A stretch of 64,000 bases of DNA. Origin: Ranitomeya imitator. Lineage: Eukaryota. Both the position numbers and the translations under genes were made by a program. Of this stretch, positions 1 to 12,619 are shown piece after piece. Under the pieces are notes generated by a model. The model searched no databases. It saw nothing but the letters and a program-made list of their open reading frames with translations, and was not told the DNA's origin. The DNA lies in assembly GCF_032444005.1 (NCBI RefSeq), contig NC_091282.1, positions 669,228,001-669,292,000 on the forward strand, in the 5' to 3' direction. How positions within the stretch are numbered: the first letter of the stretch is position 1; the number at the start of each line of letters is the position of its first letter.

Positions 1-516
1 TTAACGGGTATATGTAACAGATATTTTTGGTTGATGGGGGTCTAACCTCTGAGACCCCCACCAGTACGAAGCATGAAAGGATCTTGACACTAATTTTGTG
101 CTTCATAGTTTTTTTTTTCCCTAAACAGTCTTTATGGGAAAGGGTTGTGAACATGTTCTGTGAAATGTGCAGGGAGGTAGAGGAGATGAACTGGGTTATT
201 CACCGATAGTCCATGGTATGACCCGCTGTTAGTCTTTAGTTACCTTTATTTATATTCCTGCTTGAGATTATACAGCGATGACTGATTGGAAGCGTTCTCT
301 ATATTTCTTTGTCTCGGTCTATTAAATATTTCTCATGTAGTGCATGTTATGAATGCTTACTGGAGTTTTGGTGCTTCATAACATTTTTCAATATTAATTT
401 AAGTTTTCTTTGTCTCATATATTTAGAAAAAAATGTTTTTGATCATCTTATATTGCATTTCTTGTATTCTGCATAGATGTGTACTTACCATTTTCTTATC
501 ACCGCAGGTACTCAAA

Positions 517-558
517 ATGAGGACCATAATTGAAGAGGATCGTCATCTTCTCTGCTGA
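517..558 (+). promoter_or_regulatory. Short upstream ORF (MRTIIEEDRHLLC*) in the BAHD1 5' UTR
   Basis: Acceptor ttatcaccgcag|G puts the exon start at 508. ATG at 517 and TGA at 556-558 are out of frame with the main ATG at 612. Confidence 0.45.
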
Positions 559-611
559 ACAAGGAACCATAACTGTGTTTCTGTTGACCAAAGTGTCATG
601 CAGGAGACTCT

Positions 612-2112
612 ATGATGGATACCACCCAAACGAGCTACACAGGACAGATTTTTATCAAGAACTTATCTTGTCATGGACGACCTCAAAAGAGAGGGACAGG
701 AAACCAAGACTTAAGAAAATCATACCAACTGCGTGGACACCTCTCACCAAATATGAATGAGAAGACATGTACTGTTGTTCTCACTCGGCTGGAAGATGTA
801 ACGGGGTCCCGCATTATTGAAAGTCAGGGCAGGAAATCCTCGAATATCTCTTGTTGGGTAGATGAATTTGGAACTCTAAAAGTTCACACTGGGCTTCCCT
901 CAGAACCTAGAAGAATGGGTTCAAAAGGACAACTTTTCCCAGGGGCATCTACTGGAGACAGTTCAATAAAGGAGTTGCCAGAACCTCGAAAGAGAAGATT
1001 AGCTTCTCTCAACGCCGAGGCAGTGAATAATTTACTTTTTGAGAGGGATGATGGTTGTTCTTCCAGGAAACTTAATAAAGATTTAAGCAAAGTTGTCGAA
1101 AACCGCAAATCAATTGTGGACTGGACTTCTTTAAAAAAGCTGGATGACCACCCGTCCAGCAAAAAAAGCAAGCAGAGATGCATAGCCCAACATAGGTCAA
1201 CTTCAGACGACGTGTTTGACGACCGCATCAAGAGAGAAGCTAGCGAAGTGTCTTATCCTCCTGCGCCAAAGAGGTTGGCGAGTTTAAATGCCGTGGCATT
1301 CCTGAAGCTTAACAATGAGAAAGGTCATGCACTGAGACAAAGGAGCAAGTCGAATGGGGACAGTGGACGTTCTTCTGTCAATACTTGCTCGAAATCCAAA
1401 CTGAAGATAACAAAATCTCACAAAAAGAACTGCATAAAACCTAAAAAAGACTACCTTCATCAGAAAACAGAGGACTACCGTGGTTGGCGTGGAGGATCGG
1501 ACATTGGATTTTTACAACCGGAACGTCAAGCGTTGACAAAATGTTTGGGTAAAGTGGAGGGTGTTCACGTGGAACAGTCTTCCAAAAAACACAATGGCTC
1601 CGGACCTTTGTACCACAGACTGCCTTTAATGGGAGGGCAGGCTTCTATGAAGCCAGAGTATGGACGACCGGGCGAAAAGTCTCCCACTCCCAAGCAAGAC
1701 TTCCAGCAGCCTTCATTTCCAGTACAACAGCTTCATCATTTGCCGGTTCCAGGAAGCCACACAGATTGCATCTGTGACTGTGACTCCTCAAATCAAGCTT
1801 CTCTAGATGGAAGCTACATTTCTTATGGCCAAAGTGGATTACAACGTAATGGATACTCACATTACTCCTTGTATCCAAAGGACGAAGCGTTTTCACAGCC
1901 AGAGCACTGTGAGGAACTCTTAGCTTCACAGAGCTCTTTACATCCTAGTGCAATGTGTGAGCATCTTCCTTGGTGCAGTTCTCGCTACGCCTACGGAGAA
2001 GACACCGGCACAAATACAGATAGTCTTTGTGGACTGATAAGGCTGCCACTTGGCAGGGTTAGCACTCACATGGGACCTAGTACCTATCCATATAAAAAGC
2101 CTTTAACACCAG
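612..2112 (+). CDS. BAHD1: BAHD1 first coding exon (large N-terminal exon)
   Basis: Motifs PRKRRLASLNAEA, PAPKRLASLNAVAFLKL and LPLMGGQASMKPE match BAHD1. Donor CCAG|GTATGT at 2113 is phase 1. The start codon could be 612 or 615. Confidence 0.92.
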
Positions 2113-4427
2113 GTATGTTCATAAAGTCTAAAAATAAAAGCTGAAAGTTATATTTCTACTGAATTAGTTGATGAGCGGAAATCTTCACCGCCCCACTTAC
2201 GGGAATGTGTGCTACTGTTTTGTTCTGTCGTCCTCCTAATGTAATGTCATATCTTAGTAATACTCTGTCGCGAGATGCCGCTATAATGTATAGTGTGGAG
2301 TCAGCCAAGTCCCTGATCTGTAAGTTATTGTTTTTGCTCTGGTCCCAGTAGATCTGTTTCCAGCATTTGCTCCGTGTTCCTCTTTTGCGCTGTCCTCCCT
2401 TGTATAAGGCTTTCCCATTGACTATAAAGGTGCGGTTCCACAAAGGTTAGGACTGAAAAAGTGTAAAAGTTTTTATAGGTCTCTTCTCTATAGGAAAGAG
2501 AATGGAATATGCGGACACTGAGAACTTGTCGCTTAGGAAAAACCCTTTCTTCGGTAATTGCCAAGATTTGGCCACCTCCTCTACAGTGCAGATAGACGCG
2601 ATCTGTAGAGCTGCCATTTTTGGAGCAGATGGCTGTCAGTCAGCAATGCTATGTTATATTTGCAGCTTCCAAGATTTCACATATTCCCCAGTTCACAAGT
2701 CTGCGTAGTGTACTAGCGTGGGAACTAGAGTCCATTATGGGCAGACTTCTCCTGCAAATTCCAGTGATCAGGCCATGGAAGAAGCCATCACAGTATACGG
2801 CCAGCTCATGTCTATCCGTCCAAGGATTTACCGCCACATTTTGTTTTTTCATACATGCGGTTTAAGAGCTGTAAACTCTTTTCTCATTCAGTTACTCATG
2901 TCATTTTTGCCGCTTTTTTGGTGACACACGGGGCTCCCTTCTATGTCATTGTTGTATTCTTTTTTTTTTGGGGTGGGCTAATATTGGTGGAAATATGCAG
3001 GAAATAAGTGTCTTTTTTCCCATTTATTTATTCTGACAACTAAAACACTGTACATTTAAAAATGTGTTCCCCATTTGGTAACAAATGTATTTAAATATGG
3101 GAGACGTTATTTGTTTTTGGGGGGTTTTACGGGGCGGCGGCTAGTTACAGCTATTTGGATTGACGGTGGCATTTTAAAAAAAAAAAATTTTACCTGTTTT
3201 TTTTTTTTTTATTTGAATTATTTTTCATTTATTTTACATATGGATATAAAAGACTTTTGGGGGGCATTTTAAATATTGAAATATTTTTTTTATTTCCCTT
3301 GTAACTGGGGCTGGAATATTATCCCCAGTTACAGGGGAAATTCCGCCTCCTGATTGCATAGCAGTGCTGTGTGCGTCACCCATGACCCAGCAGCCCCGGC
3401 TCCCTCACTATACCGTGATCACATGACCGCTGTGTATGGCGGACGAAGCGCTGTCAGCACCTTCTGTTACTGCGTACACATCATTTTAGTGCTGTGTATG
3501 TAGCAATGGAGAAGACCATACGGTTATATTCCATCTCTGCCTTCTCCATGGAGACTCTGGCTCTCGCAGCTACTTGATCACATGTAGCGGTGATGCTATA
3601 CAATGGCATTTTAGAACACCACTGCAGAGTGGGAGCCGGACCGACTGGATGCTTAAAATCTATGGGCAGCAGAAGGTGTGACAATCATAAATGAGTGTCC
3701 GTTCTTCCACATAAGTTATCTAAAGGATCACTAAACCTGGAAATGAAGCTTGAAATTTAACAAGAAATGGAGTTTAGTTTGTCAGTTTTGTGATCCAGTA
3801 GTCAGTCATGTAGAAATCCTGCTTAAAACAAGTGTATGCCCCTCTAATCATTTCCACCTTCAATGGGTAACCGGCTAAAGCTCCAGCCCCAATCCATAGG
3901 GAGAGGGTTAGTGATGTTTTGTCCTAGTGCGGACAGTGAAGAGGGGGAGGCTCCTGCTGCAGCCAGTTGTCTTTCCGGAAGAGGAGGGACGTGGCTGTTT
4001 TCTGGGGACATGCATATTTTTTTTTTCTATTTCTCAGCTTTAATTGTAAGATAGAACAACTTAGTTTTCTCCTTTTTAAGTCTAAGGGATCATTTTTTGC
4101 CATATTGTATATTTTTGGACTTACAATGTTGTTTTTTTTTCTTAGCAATAAAATTGTGGGAGCTATCTGAAGTCAGCCCTCTCCTTACCACTTCCTTTGC
4201 CAGATCACTGAGAGAACTATGTTGGAATCATAGCCACACAGTTTCCTCTAGCCCCTATGGTCTATGTCAGGGGCGCACTCCCATGTCCACTGAGCACTGA
4301 TATGTTGGTGCAGTATATGACACGATCATGTGACTGTCATTGTTTTTAGGGACACTACCATAAATCATTAAAGGTAATAGACCCCTCTGCTTCCATGGAC
4401 CACGAGGCGATATTTTAATTTGTTCTA

Positions 4428-5738
4428 CCGTATGTACTCAAGTATAAGCCGAGACCCCTAATTTTGCCACAAAAACTGGGAAAACTTACTCGAGTATAAG
4501 CCTAGGGTGGAAAATGCAGCAGCTACTGGTAAATTTCAAACATAAAAATAGATACCAATAAAAGTAAAATTGATTGAGACATCAGTAGGTTACGGTAAGT
4601 GTTTTTGAATATCCATATTAAATCAGGAGCCCCATATAATGCTCCATATAGTTCATGATGGGCCCCATCAGATGCTCCATACAAAATATGCCCCATATAA
4701 TGCTGCATAAAAGGTTAATGATGGCCCCATGAGATGCTCCATATTAAAATATGCCCCATATAATGTTGCATAAAAGGTTAATGATGACCCCATAAGATGC
4801 TCCATATTAAAATATGCCCCATATAATGCTGCATAAAAGGTTAATGATGGCCCCATAAGATGCTCCATAGAATATTATGCCCCATATAATGCTGCACAAA
4901 TGTTGATGGCTCAATAAGATGCTCCATAGATTATGCCCCATATAATGCTGCACAAGGTTGATGGCTCAATAAGATGCTCCATAGATTATGCCCCATATAA
5001 TGCTGCACAAGGTTGATGGCTCAATAAGATGCTCTATAGATTATGCCCCGTATAATGCTGCATAAAGGTTGATGGCCCCATAAGATGCTCCATAGATTAT
5101 GCCCCATATGCTGCTGCCATTTAAAAAAAAAATGACATGCTCACCTCTCGTCGCTCAGTCCCCTGGCGCTTGCGATATTCACCTGTCCCCGTTCCACCGC
5201 CGCGCACCGCTCTATCTTCCGGCTCTCTACAGTGACTATTCAGGCAGGGGGCACGCACTAAACACATCATCGTGCCCTCTGACCTGATCGTCACAGCCAG
5301 AGGATGCGGAAGACGGTGCCCGGCGGTGGAACGGGGACAGGTAAATATTTCACGGCTCACCCTCCCGTCATACTCGCCCCCTCCCTGCTTCTCTGATGTA
5401 ATGGTCACTGGGGCCGGCAGCTTGTTCCTGTGTTCAGCGGTCACATGGTACCGCTCATTAAAGTAATGAATATGCGCTCCATCCCTATGGGAGTGGAGTC
5501 GTGTCCATATTCATTACTTTAATGAGCGGTACCACGTGACCGCTGAACACAGGAACCAGCTGCCGGCACCAGAGACAATCTGAGAAGCAGGGACCGTGCT
5601 GGGAGCAGGTGAGTATGATGTGACAGCCACTGCTCCCCCGCCGACCCCCTGGGACAACGACTCGAGTATAAGCCGAGAGGTGCACTTTCAGCCTAAAAAA
5701 TGGGCTGAAAATCTCGGCTTATACTCGAGTATATACGG
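4428..5738. mobile_element. Non-autonomous DNA transposon (MITE), TcMar/Tc2-like ends
   Basis: TA|CCGTATGTACTCAAGTATAAGCCGAG ... CTCGGCTTATACTCGAGTATATACGG|TA. Terminal inverted repeats, TA target duplication, no ORF. Confidence 0.8.
4626..5110. repeat. Minisatellite (~57-62 bp unit) inside the MITE
   Basis: About 8 tandem units of GCCCCATATAATGCTGCA...GATGGCCCCATAAGATGCTCCATA. Confidence 0.85.
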
Positions 5739-6043
5739 TATTTTTTTGTTGTTGCTAAAACCTTTGATGCATCTTCTAGTCCACAAACAATACAATACTT
5801 AGGTTTTTTGTGTGTACTTTTTTATGTTCGTTTTTTTTTTTTTAACAGGGGAATTCCAAATAAATAAATTGAGATCAGAAAAATGGGTCATGAGTGATCA
5901 TAGGTAACGCCAGATTATAGTGGGTTTTTCACCACATAGGAAGTGTAGGAGTCCATCTGCAACTGAGATACTAAAATAAGTATGGAGAGAGAGAGTGGAC
6001 CTCTGAAAAGCTGGAGGAGGAGGGTCTGGAGGGCCAACTTTAA

Positions 6044-7304
6044 CCCCTTAACCCCCGGAGCTTTATTTGGTTTTGCGTTTTTATTTTTCGCTCACCTCCT
6101 TCCCAGAGCCATATCTTTTTTATTTTCCTTCACAATGGCCATGTGAGGGCTTATTTTTTGCAGGACGAGTTGTACTTTTGAATACCATTGGTTTTACAAT
6201 GTCGTGTACTAGAAAACGGGAAAGAAATTCCAAGTGCGGTGAAATTACAAAAAAAGTGCAATCCCACACTTGTTTTTTGTTTGGCTTTTTTACTAGGTTC
6301 ACCAAATGCTAAAACTGATCCGATATTATGATTCTCCAGGTCATTACGAGTTCATAGACACCAAACATGTCTGGGTTCTTTTTTTATCTAAGTGGTGAAA
6401 ACAATGCCGAACTTTGCTAAAAAAAAATGCGCCATTTTCCGATACCCGTAGCGTCTCCATTTTTCGTGATCTGGGGTCAGATGAGGGCTTATTTTTTTTG
6501 TGTGCCGAGCTGACATTTTTAGTGATACCATTTTGGTGCAGATATGTTCTTTTGATCACCCGTTATTGCATTTTAATGCAATATCGTGGCGACAAAAAAA
6601 CATAATTCTGGTGTTTTGAATTTTTTTTTATGGCTACACCGTTTAGCGATCAGGTTAATCCTTTTTTTTTTAATTGATCGGGTGATTCTGAATGCAGCGA
6701 TACCAAATATGTGTCGGTTTGATATTTTTTTATTGTTTTATTTTGAATGGGGCGAAAGGGGGGTGATTTGAATTTTAATAATAATTATTTATTTTTTTCA
6801 TATTTTTAAAAACAATTTTTTTTTTAACTTTTGGCATGCTTCAATTGCCTCCATGGGGGACTAGAAGCTGGCACAACTGCCTCTGCTACATAGAGGTAAT
6901 GTTCAGATCGCTCCTATGTAGTAGAATTACAGCATTGCTATGAGCGCTGACCACAGGGTGGCGCTCATAGTAATCTGGCATCAACAACCATAGAGATCTC
7001 AAGGAGACCTCTGGTTGTCATGCCGACACACCGATGACTCCCAATCACATGATGGGGGTCACCGGTGCGCGCATTTCTGTCCGGAAGCGCTTGCTAAATG
7101 CCGCTGTCAGAGTTTGACAGCGGCATTTAACTAGTTAATAGGCGCAGGCGGATCGTGATTCCGCCCGCGCCTTTTGCGGGCACATGACAGCTGTTCAAAA
7201 CAGCTGACCTGTCCCGACTTTGATGCCGGCTCACCACCGGAGCCCGCATCAAAGTGGAGGATACTGCCAGCTGACTTATTATTCCGTCCGATGGCAGAGA
7301 GGGG
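6044..7304. mobile_element. piggyBac-like non-autonomous element
   Basis: TTAA|CCCCT ... AGGGG|TTAA ends. Internal sequence is shared with copies at 28858 and ~53300-54095. Confidence 0.7.
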
Positions 7305-8002
7305 TTAAAGTGAGTATGGCTTAGAAAAATGACTAAACTGCAGCAGAGATCCATTTTTCAAAGTGCAGCAGTTAAAGAGAATTTAATGGAATTTATAGGT
7401 CATGGTTATTAGAAAATAGGCGCTATCTATCAGATTTTGGTCCATGCCAGTTCTGAATTTATGGAGATGGTTATTGTCACCGACAGACCCTCCTGTTACG
7501 ATGACATGGCCATGTGGCTCGCCAAAAAAGATTAATGTACTGATGCTGGTTGCCAGGAGTACGTCCATGGACAATATATGAACTCACAAAATTGTAGTGC
7601 AAATGGTCTGCACAAAGAACATAACAAAACTGCACAGGTCTCCTAGATCAAAAGGGGGCAGTTTTTGCTGTTAATTATTCCCGTTGCTCCCCTGACGTTT
7701 TTTCTTGTTTTATATTTTTTCAAATCCCCCACACAGTTCTGGAGATATGGGCCTTTTTATTTGGTGCTGATTCTTATGGTCTTTTTCAATGGGGTGTGGC
7801 TCAAAGGGTAATTATGCACAGCAACCTTAAGACACGCCCCAGGGGATCTGTCAGCCATGCTCCTCTTCATAAAGACCGTATAAACCTCTGGAACCGTTTG
7901 GTGGATTTTTAGAAAACAAAAAATGGATTTCTCAGGGGAGCGGGGGGAATAAAAAGTGGGCAAAACCTGCTTACGTTTGACCCACCGTCAAGTCTTCTTT
8001 AA

Positions 8003-8453
8003 AGAAACCCTCCTCCTCCCATAAAAGTTTTTATACTGTTAATATATTGCAATCATCAGATTATACAGCACTGTGTACTTACAATTGCTCATTTTACCTT
8101 TCTACCCAGTTATTTCTTTGCTTTTCCATTAGGTCCATGACATCATGCAATTAAAAATTGAATATCTGAATCCTTCTAAGCTCTATGTAGAAACAGGAGG
8201 TCAATTTTCTATGCATGGCTCGTGAGTCGCTGCAAAAGTCCCTAGTAGGGGGAGGAGGGAACATCTGGGTCAGGAGGTGAAGAGGGGAATGATAAATGCA
8301 GGGACAAGAAACTTCCTGTTTCTATATAGAGCAGAGAAAAGAGAATAAGTAACTGGGTAGAAAGGAAAAATTAGCAATTGTAAGTACACAGTGCTGTATA
8401 ATGAGTGCAATATAGTAAGAAGAGAAAACTTTCATGGGAGGAGGGGGGCTTCT
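8003..8453. mobile_element. Kolobok/T2-type MITE
   Basis: TTAA|AGAAACCCTCCTCCTCCCAT...ATGGGAGGAGGGGGGCTTCT with long imperfect inverted arms (e.g. TTATACAGCACTGTGTACTTACAATTGCT and its reverse complement). Confidence 0.7.
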
Positions 8454-9195
8454 TTACTAGGAAATCCGGAAGGATCATAAGATTGGGGTGGTCTTCTGGA
8501 GAGGTTTCACTGTATGTTTGTACATTTACTGCAGGTACGATTGCTTTGCCTAGTATATACTAAAGTAAAATATAGACTATGGTATATATTAAAGTACAAT
8601 TATACTATATTACGTGAGTGACAAAATTAGAAATAATTTCAGTAATGGAGTTTGCCATGGCAACCAGAGTGTTTACACCTATCTGAGTTAAAATGTTGAA
8701 TATTCCCAGAGACGGCCCCTTTCAGGATGCAACGGGTCCTGCTCCTGGCCGCCATGACATCCAGCTGCTTTTTTCCAGGGTAATCTGGCCCAAGGAATCT
8801 GGTAACGAAGACTACTTGAGTCTGCCATACCGGGAGCTGCTTGTACAAAGGGCTCTCCATAGTGGAGTGGAGCAGGGAGCTGCCTCTTTATGATGTCCAT
8901 ATGCCTTAATTAATCTGCTAATTATTTTAGAAGGAGGATAAGGGGAAATGCCAAGTGTTACATTTTCAAATAAATGATTAGAACGGTGGTTATTTTTTTT
9001 ATTTTTCTTGATGTTTTTGCCCGATGTCTACAGGGCAGTAAAATTATAGTAGTGAGTAACTAGTTGGCCCGTGCGAAATTTTCGCATATTGGTTGTCGGG
9101 GGCGCAGGCAATTTCAGGAAAATCAAGCTGGTCAAATGTAAATGTATTTAATGAGATGATGAACACAGAGAGGTATGTGTCTCACGGATGGATAT

Positions 9196-9234
<39 letters not shown>

Positions 9235-9238
<4 letters not shown>

Positions 9239-10824
9239 GCCTACAAGTAGTATTCAACCCCCTGCAGATTTAGCAGGTTTAATAAGATGCAAATAAGTTA
9301 GAGCCTTCAAACTTCAAACAAGAGCAGGATATATTAACAGATGCATAAATCTTACAAACCAAAAAGTTTTGTTGCTCAGTTAAATTTTTATAAATTTTAA
9401 ACATAAAAGTGGGTCAATTATTATTCAACCCCTAGGTTTAATATTTTGTGGAATAACCTTTGGTTGCAATTACAGCTACTAATCGTCTTTTATAAGACCT
9501 GATCAGGCCGGCACAGGTCTCTGGAGTTATCTTGGCCCACTCCTCCATGCAGATCTTCTCCAAGTTATCAAGGTTCTTTGGGTGTCTCATGCGGACTTTA
9601 ATCTTGAGCTCCTTCCACAAGTTTTCAATTGGGTTAAGGTCAGGAGACTGACTAGGCCACTGCAACACCTTGATTTTTTGCCTCTTGAACCAGGCCTTGG
9701 TTTTCTTGGCTGTGTGCTTTGGGTCGTTGTCTTGTTGGAAGATGAAATGACGACCCATCTTAAGATCCTTGATGGAGGAGCGGAGGTTCTTGGCCAAAAT
9801 CTCCAGGTAGGCCGTGCTATCCATCTTCCCATGGATGCGGACCAGATGGCCAGGCCCCTTGGCTGAGAAACAGCCCCACAGCATGATCCTGCCACCACCA
9901 TGCTTGACTGTAGGGATGGTATTCTTGGGGTCGTATGCAGTGCCATCCAGTCTCCAAACGTCATGTGTGTGGTTGGCACCAAAGATCTCGATCTTGGTCT
10001 CATCAGACCAGAGAACCTTGAACCAGTCAGTCTCAGAGTCCTCCAAGTGATCATGAGCAAACTGTAGACGAGCCTTGACATGACGCTTTGAAAGTAAAGG
10101 TACTTTACGGGCTCGTCTGGAACGGAGACTATTGCGGTGGAGTACGTTACTTATGGTATTGACTGAAACCAATGTCCCCACTGCCATGAGATCTTCCCGG
10201 AGCTCCTTCCTTGTTGTCCTTGGGTTAGCCTTGACTCTTCGGACAAGCCTGGCCTCGGCACGGGAGGAAACTTTCAAAGGCTGTCCAGGCCGTGGAAGGC
10301 TAACAGTAGTTTCATAAGCCTTCCACTTCCGGATGATGCTCCCAACAGTGGAGACAGGTAGGCCCAACTCCTTGGAAAGGGTTTTGTACCCCTTGCCAGC
10401 CTTGTGACCCTCCACGATCTTGTCTCTGATGGCCTTGGAATGCTCCTTTGTCTTTCCCATGTTGACCATGTATGAGTGCTGTTCACAAGTTTGGGGAGGG
10501 TCTTAAATAGTCAGAAAAGGCTGGAAAAAGAGATAATTAATCCAAACATGTGAAGCTCATTGTTCTTTGTGCCTGAACTACTTCTTAATACTTTAGGGGA
10601 ACCAAACAGAATTCTGGTGGGTTGAGGGGTTGAATAATAAATGACCCCCTGAAAAGACTTTTCACAATTTAAAAAAAAAATAAACAAAGAAATAACATTC
10701 TTTTTTGCTGCAGTGCATGTCACACTTCCAGGCTGATCTACAGTCCAAATGTCAGAATGCCAAGTTAATTCCAAATGTGTAAACCTGCTAAATCTGCAGG
10801 GGGTTGAACACTACTTGTAGGCAC

Positions 10825-10826
<2 letters not shown>
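9235..10826 (-). mobile_element. Full-length Tc1 transposon, IR-DR type ends
   Basis: ~46-bp TIRs (TGCCTACAAGTAGT(A/G)TTCAACCCCCTGCAGATTTAGCAGGTTT). Inner direct repeats ATTATTCAACCCCT at ~9420 and reverse complement at ~10625. Flanked by TA microsatellites. Confidence 0.92.
9438..10469 (-). CDS. Intact Tc1 DD34E transposase (340 aa from the second Met)
   Basis: Uninterrupted ORF: paired-like HTH N-terminus, [22 protein letters not shown], with 34 residues between the second D and E. Confidence 0.93.
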   Translation of the reverse strand: MVNMGKTKEHSKAIRDKIVEGHKAGKGYKTLSKELGLPVSTVGSIIRKWKAYETTVSLPRPGQPLKVSSRAEARLVRRVKANPRTTRKELREDLMAVGTLVSVNTISNVLHRNSLRSRRARKVPLLSKRHVKARLQFAHDHLEDSETDWFKVLWSDETKIEIFGANHTHDVWRLDGTAYDPKNTIPTVKHGGGRIMLWGCFSAKGPGHLVRIHGKMDSTAYLEILAKNLRSSIKDLKMGRHFIFQQDNDPKHTAKKTKAWFKRQKIKVLQWPSQSPDLNPIENLWKELKIKVRMRHPKNLDNLEKICMEEWAKITPETCAGLIRSYKRRLVAVIATKGYSTKY

Positions 10827-10910
<84 letters not shown>

Positions 10911-10913
<3 letters not shown>

Positions 10914-12513
10914 TGGGGCAAAAAAGTATTTAGTCAGTCAGCAATAGTGCAAGTTCCACCACTTAAAAAGATGAGAGGCGTCTGTAATTTACATCATGGG
11001 TAGACCTCAACTATGGGAGACAAACTGAGAAAAAAAATCCAGAAAATCACATTGTCTGTTTTTTTAACATTTTATTTGCATATTATGGTGGAAAATAAGT
11101 ATTTGGTCAGAACCAAAATTTCATCTCAATACTTTGTAATATATCCTTTGTTGGCAATGACAGAGGTCAAACGTTTTCTGTAAGTCTTCACAAGGTTGCC
11201 ACACACTGTTGTTGGTATGTTGGCCCATTCCTCCATGCAGATCTCCTCTAGAGCAGTGATGTTTTTGGCTTTTCGCTTGGCAACACGGACTTTCAACTCC
11301 CTCCAAAGGTTTTCTATAGGGTTGAGATCTGGAGACTGGCTAGGCCATTCCAGGACCTTGAAATGCTTCTTACGAAGCCACTCCTTCGTTGCCCTGGCGG
11401 TGTGCTTTGGATCATTGTCATGTTGAAAGACCCAGCCACGTTTCATCTTCAATGCCCTTGCTGATGGAAGGAGGTTTGCACTCAAAATCTCACGATACAT
11501 GGCCCCATTCATTCTTTCATGTACCCGGATCAGTTGTCCTGGCCCCTTTGCAGAGAAACAGCCCCAAAGCATGATGTTTCCACCACCATGCTTTACAGTA
11601 GGTATGGTGTTTGATGGATGCAACTTAGTATTCTTTTTCCTCCAAACACGACAAGTTGTGTTTCTACCAAACAGTTCCAGTTTGGTTTCATCAGACCATA
11701 GGACATTCTTCCAAAACTCCTCTGGATCATCCAAATGCTCTCTAGCAAACTTCAGACGGACCCGGACATGTACTGGCTTAAGCAGTGGGACACGTCTGGC
11801 ACTGCTGGATCTGAGTCCATGGTGGCGTAGTGTGTTACTTATGGTAGGCCTTGTTACATTGGTCCCAGCTCTCTGCAGTTCATTCACTAGGTCCCCCCGC
11901 GTGGTTCTGGGATTTTTGCTCACCGTTCTTGTGATCATTCTGACCCCACGGGGTGGGATTTTGCGTGGAGCCCCAGATCGAGGGAGATTATCAGTGGTCT
12001 TGTATGTCTTCCATTTTCCAATTATTGCTCCCACTGTTGATTTCTTCACTCCAAGCTGGTTGGCTATTGCAGATTCAGTCTTCCCAGCCTGGTGCAGGGC
12101 TACAGTTTTGTTTCTGGTGTCCTTTGACAGCTCTTTGGTCTTCACCATAGTGGAGTTTGGAGTCAGACTGTTTGAGGGTGTGCACAGGTGTCTTTTTATA
12201 CTGATAAGTTTAAAAAGGTGCCATTACTACAGGTAATGAGTGGAGGAAAGAGGAGACTCTTAAATAAGAAGTTACAGGTCTGTGAGAGCCAGAAATCTTG
12301 ATTGTTTGTTTCTGACCAAATACTTATTTTCCACCATAATATGCAAATAAAATGTTAAAAAAAACAGACAATGTGATTTTCTGGATTTTTTTTTCTCAGT
12401 TTGTCTCCCATAGTTGAGGTCTACCTATGATGTAAATTACAGACGCCTCTCATCTTTTTAAGTGGTGGAACTTGCACTATTGCTGACTGACTAAATACTT
12501 TTTTGCCCCACTG
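10911..12513 (-). mobile_element. Full-length Tc1 transposon with ~200-bp TIRs (ZB-like)
   Basis: TA|CAGTGGGGCAAAAAAGTATTTAGTCAG ... CTGACTAAATACTTTTTTGCCCCACTG|TA. TIRs at 10911-11112 and 12310-12513 are nearly identical. Length 1603 bp. Confidence 0.95.
11126..12148 (-). CDS. Intact Tc1 DD34E transposase, 340 aa
   Basis: [14 protein letters not shown]... [23 protein letters not shown] with 34-residue spacing. No stops or frameshifts. Confidence 0.95.
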   Translation of the reverse strand: MVKTKELSKDTRNKTVALHQAGKTESAIANQLGVKKSTVGAIIGKWKTYKTTDNLPRSGAPRKIPPRGVRMITRTVSKNPRTTRGDLVNELQRAGTNVTRPTISNTLRHHGLRSSSARRVPLLKPVHVRVRLKFAREHLDDPEEFWKNVLWSDETKLELFGRNTTCRVWRKKNTKLHPSNTIPTVKHGGGNIMLWGCFSAKGPGQLIRVHERMNGAMYREILSANLLPSARALKMKRGWVFQHDNDPKHTARATKEWLRKKHFKVLEWPSQSPDLNPIENLWRELKVRVAKRKAKNITALEEICMEEWANIPTTVCGNLVKTYRKRLTSVIANKGYITKY

Positions 12514-12619
12514 TATATATATATATATATATAGAAAAAAATTAAAAATTAGAACAGCATCATATCACCAAACTTGTGGTGGAAAGCTCTCCAAACCAAT
12601 ATTCCAATGGTTCCAATAA

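Noticed and set aside
2113-2144. Last 10 codons of the 510-aa ORF in the track
   Set aside because: Read-through into the intron past the GT donor at 2113.
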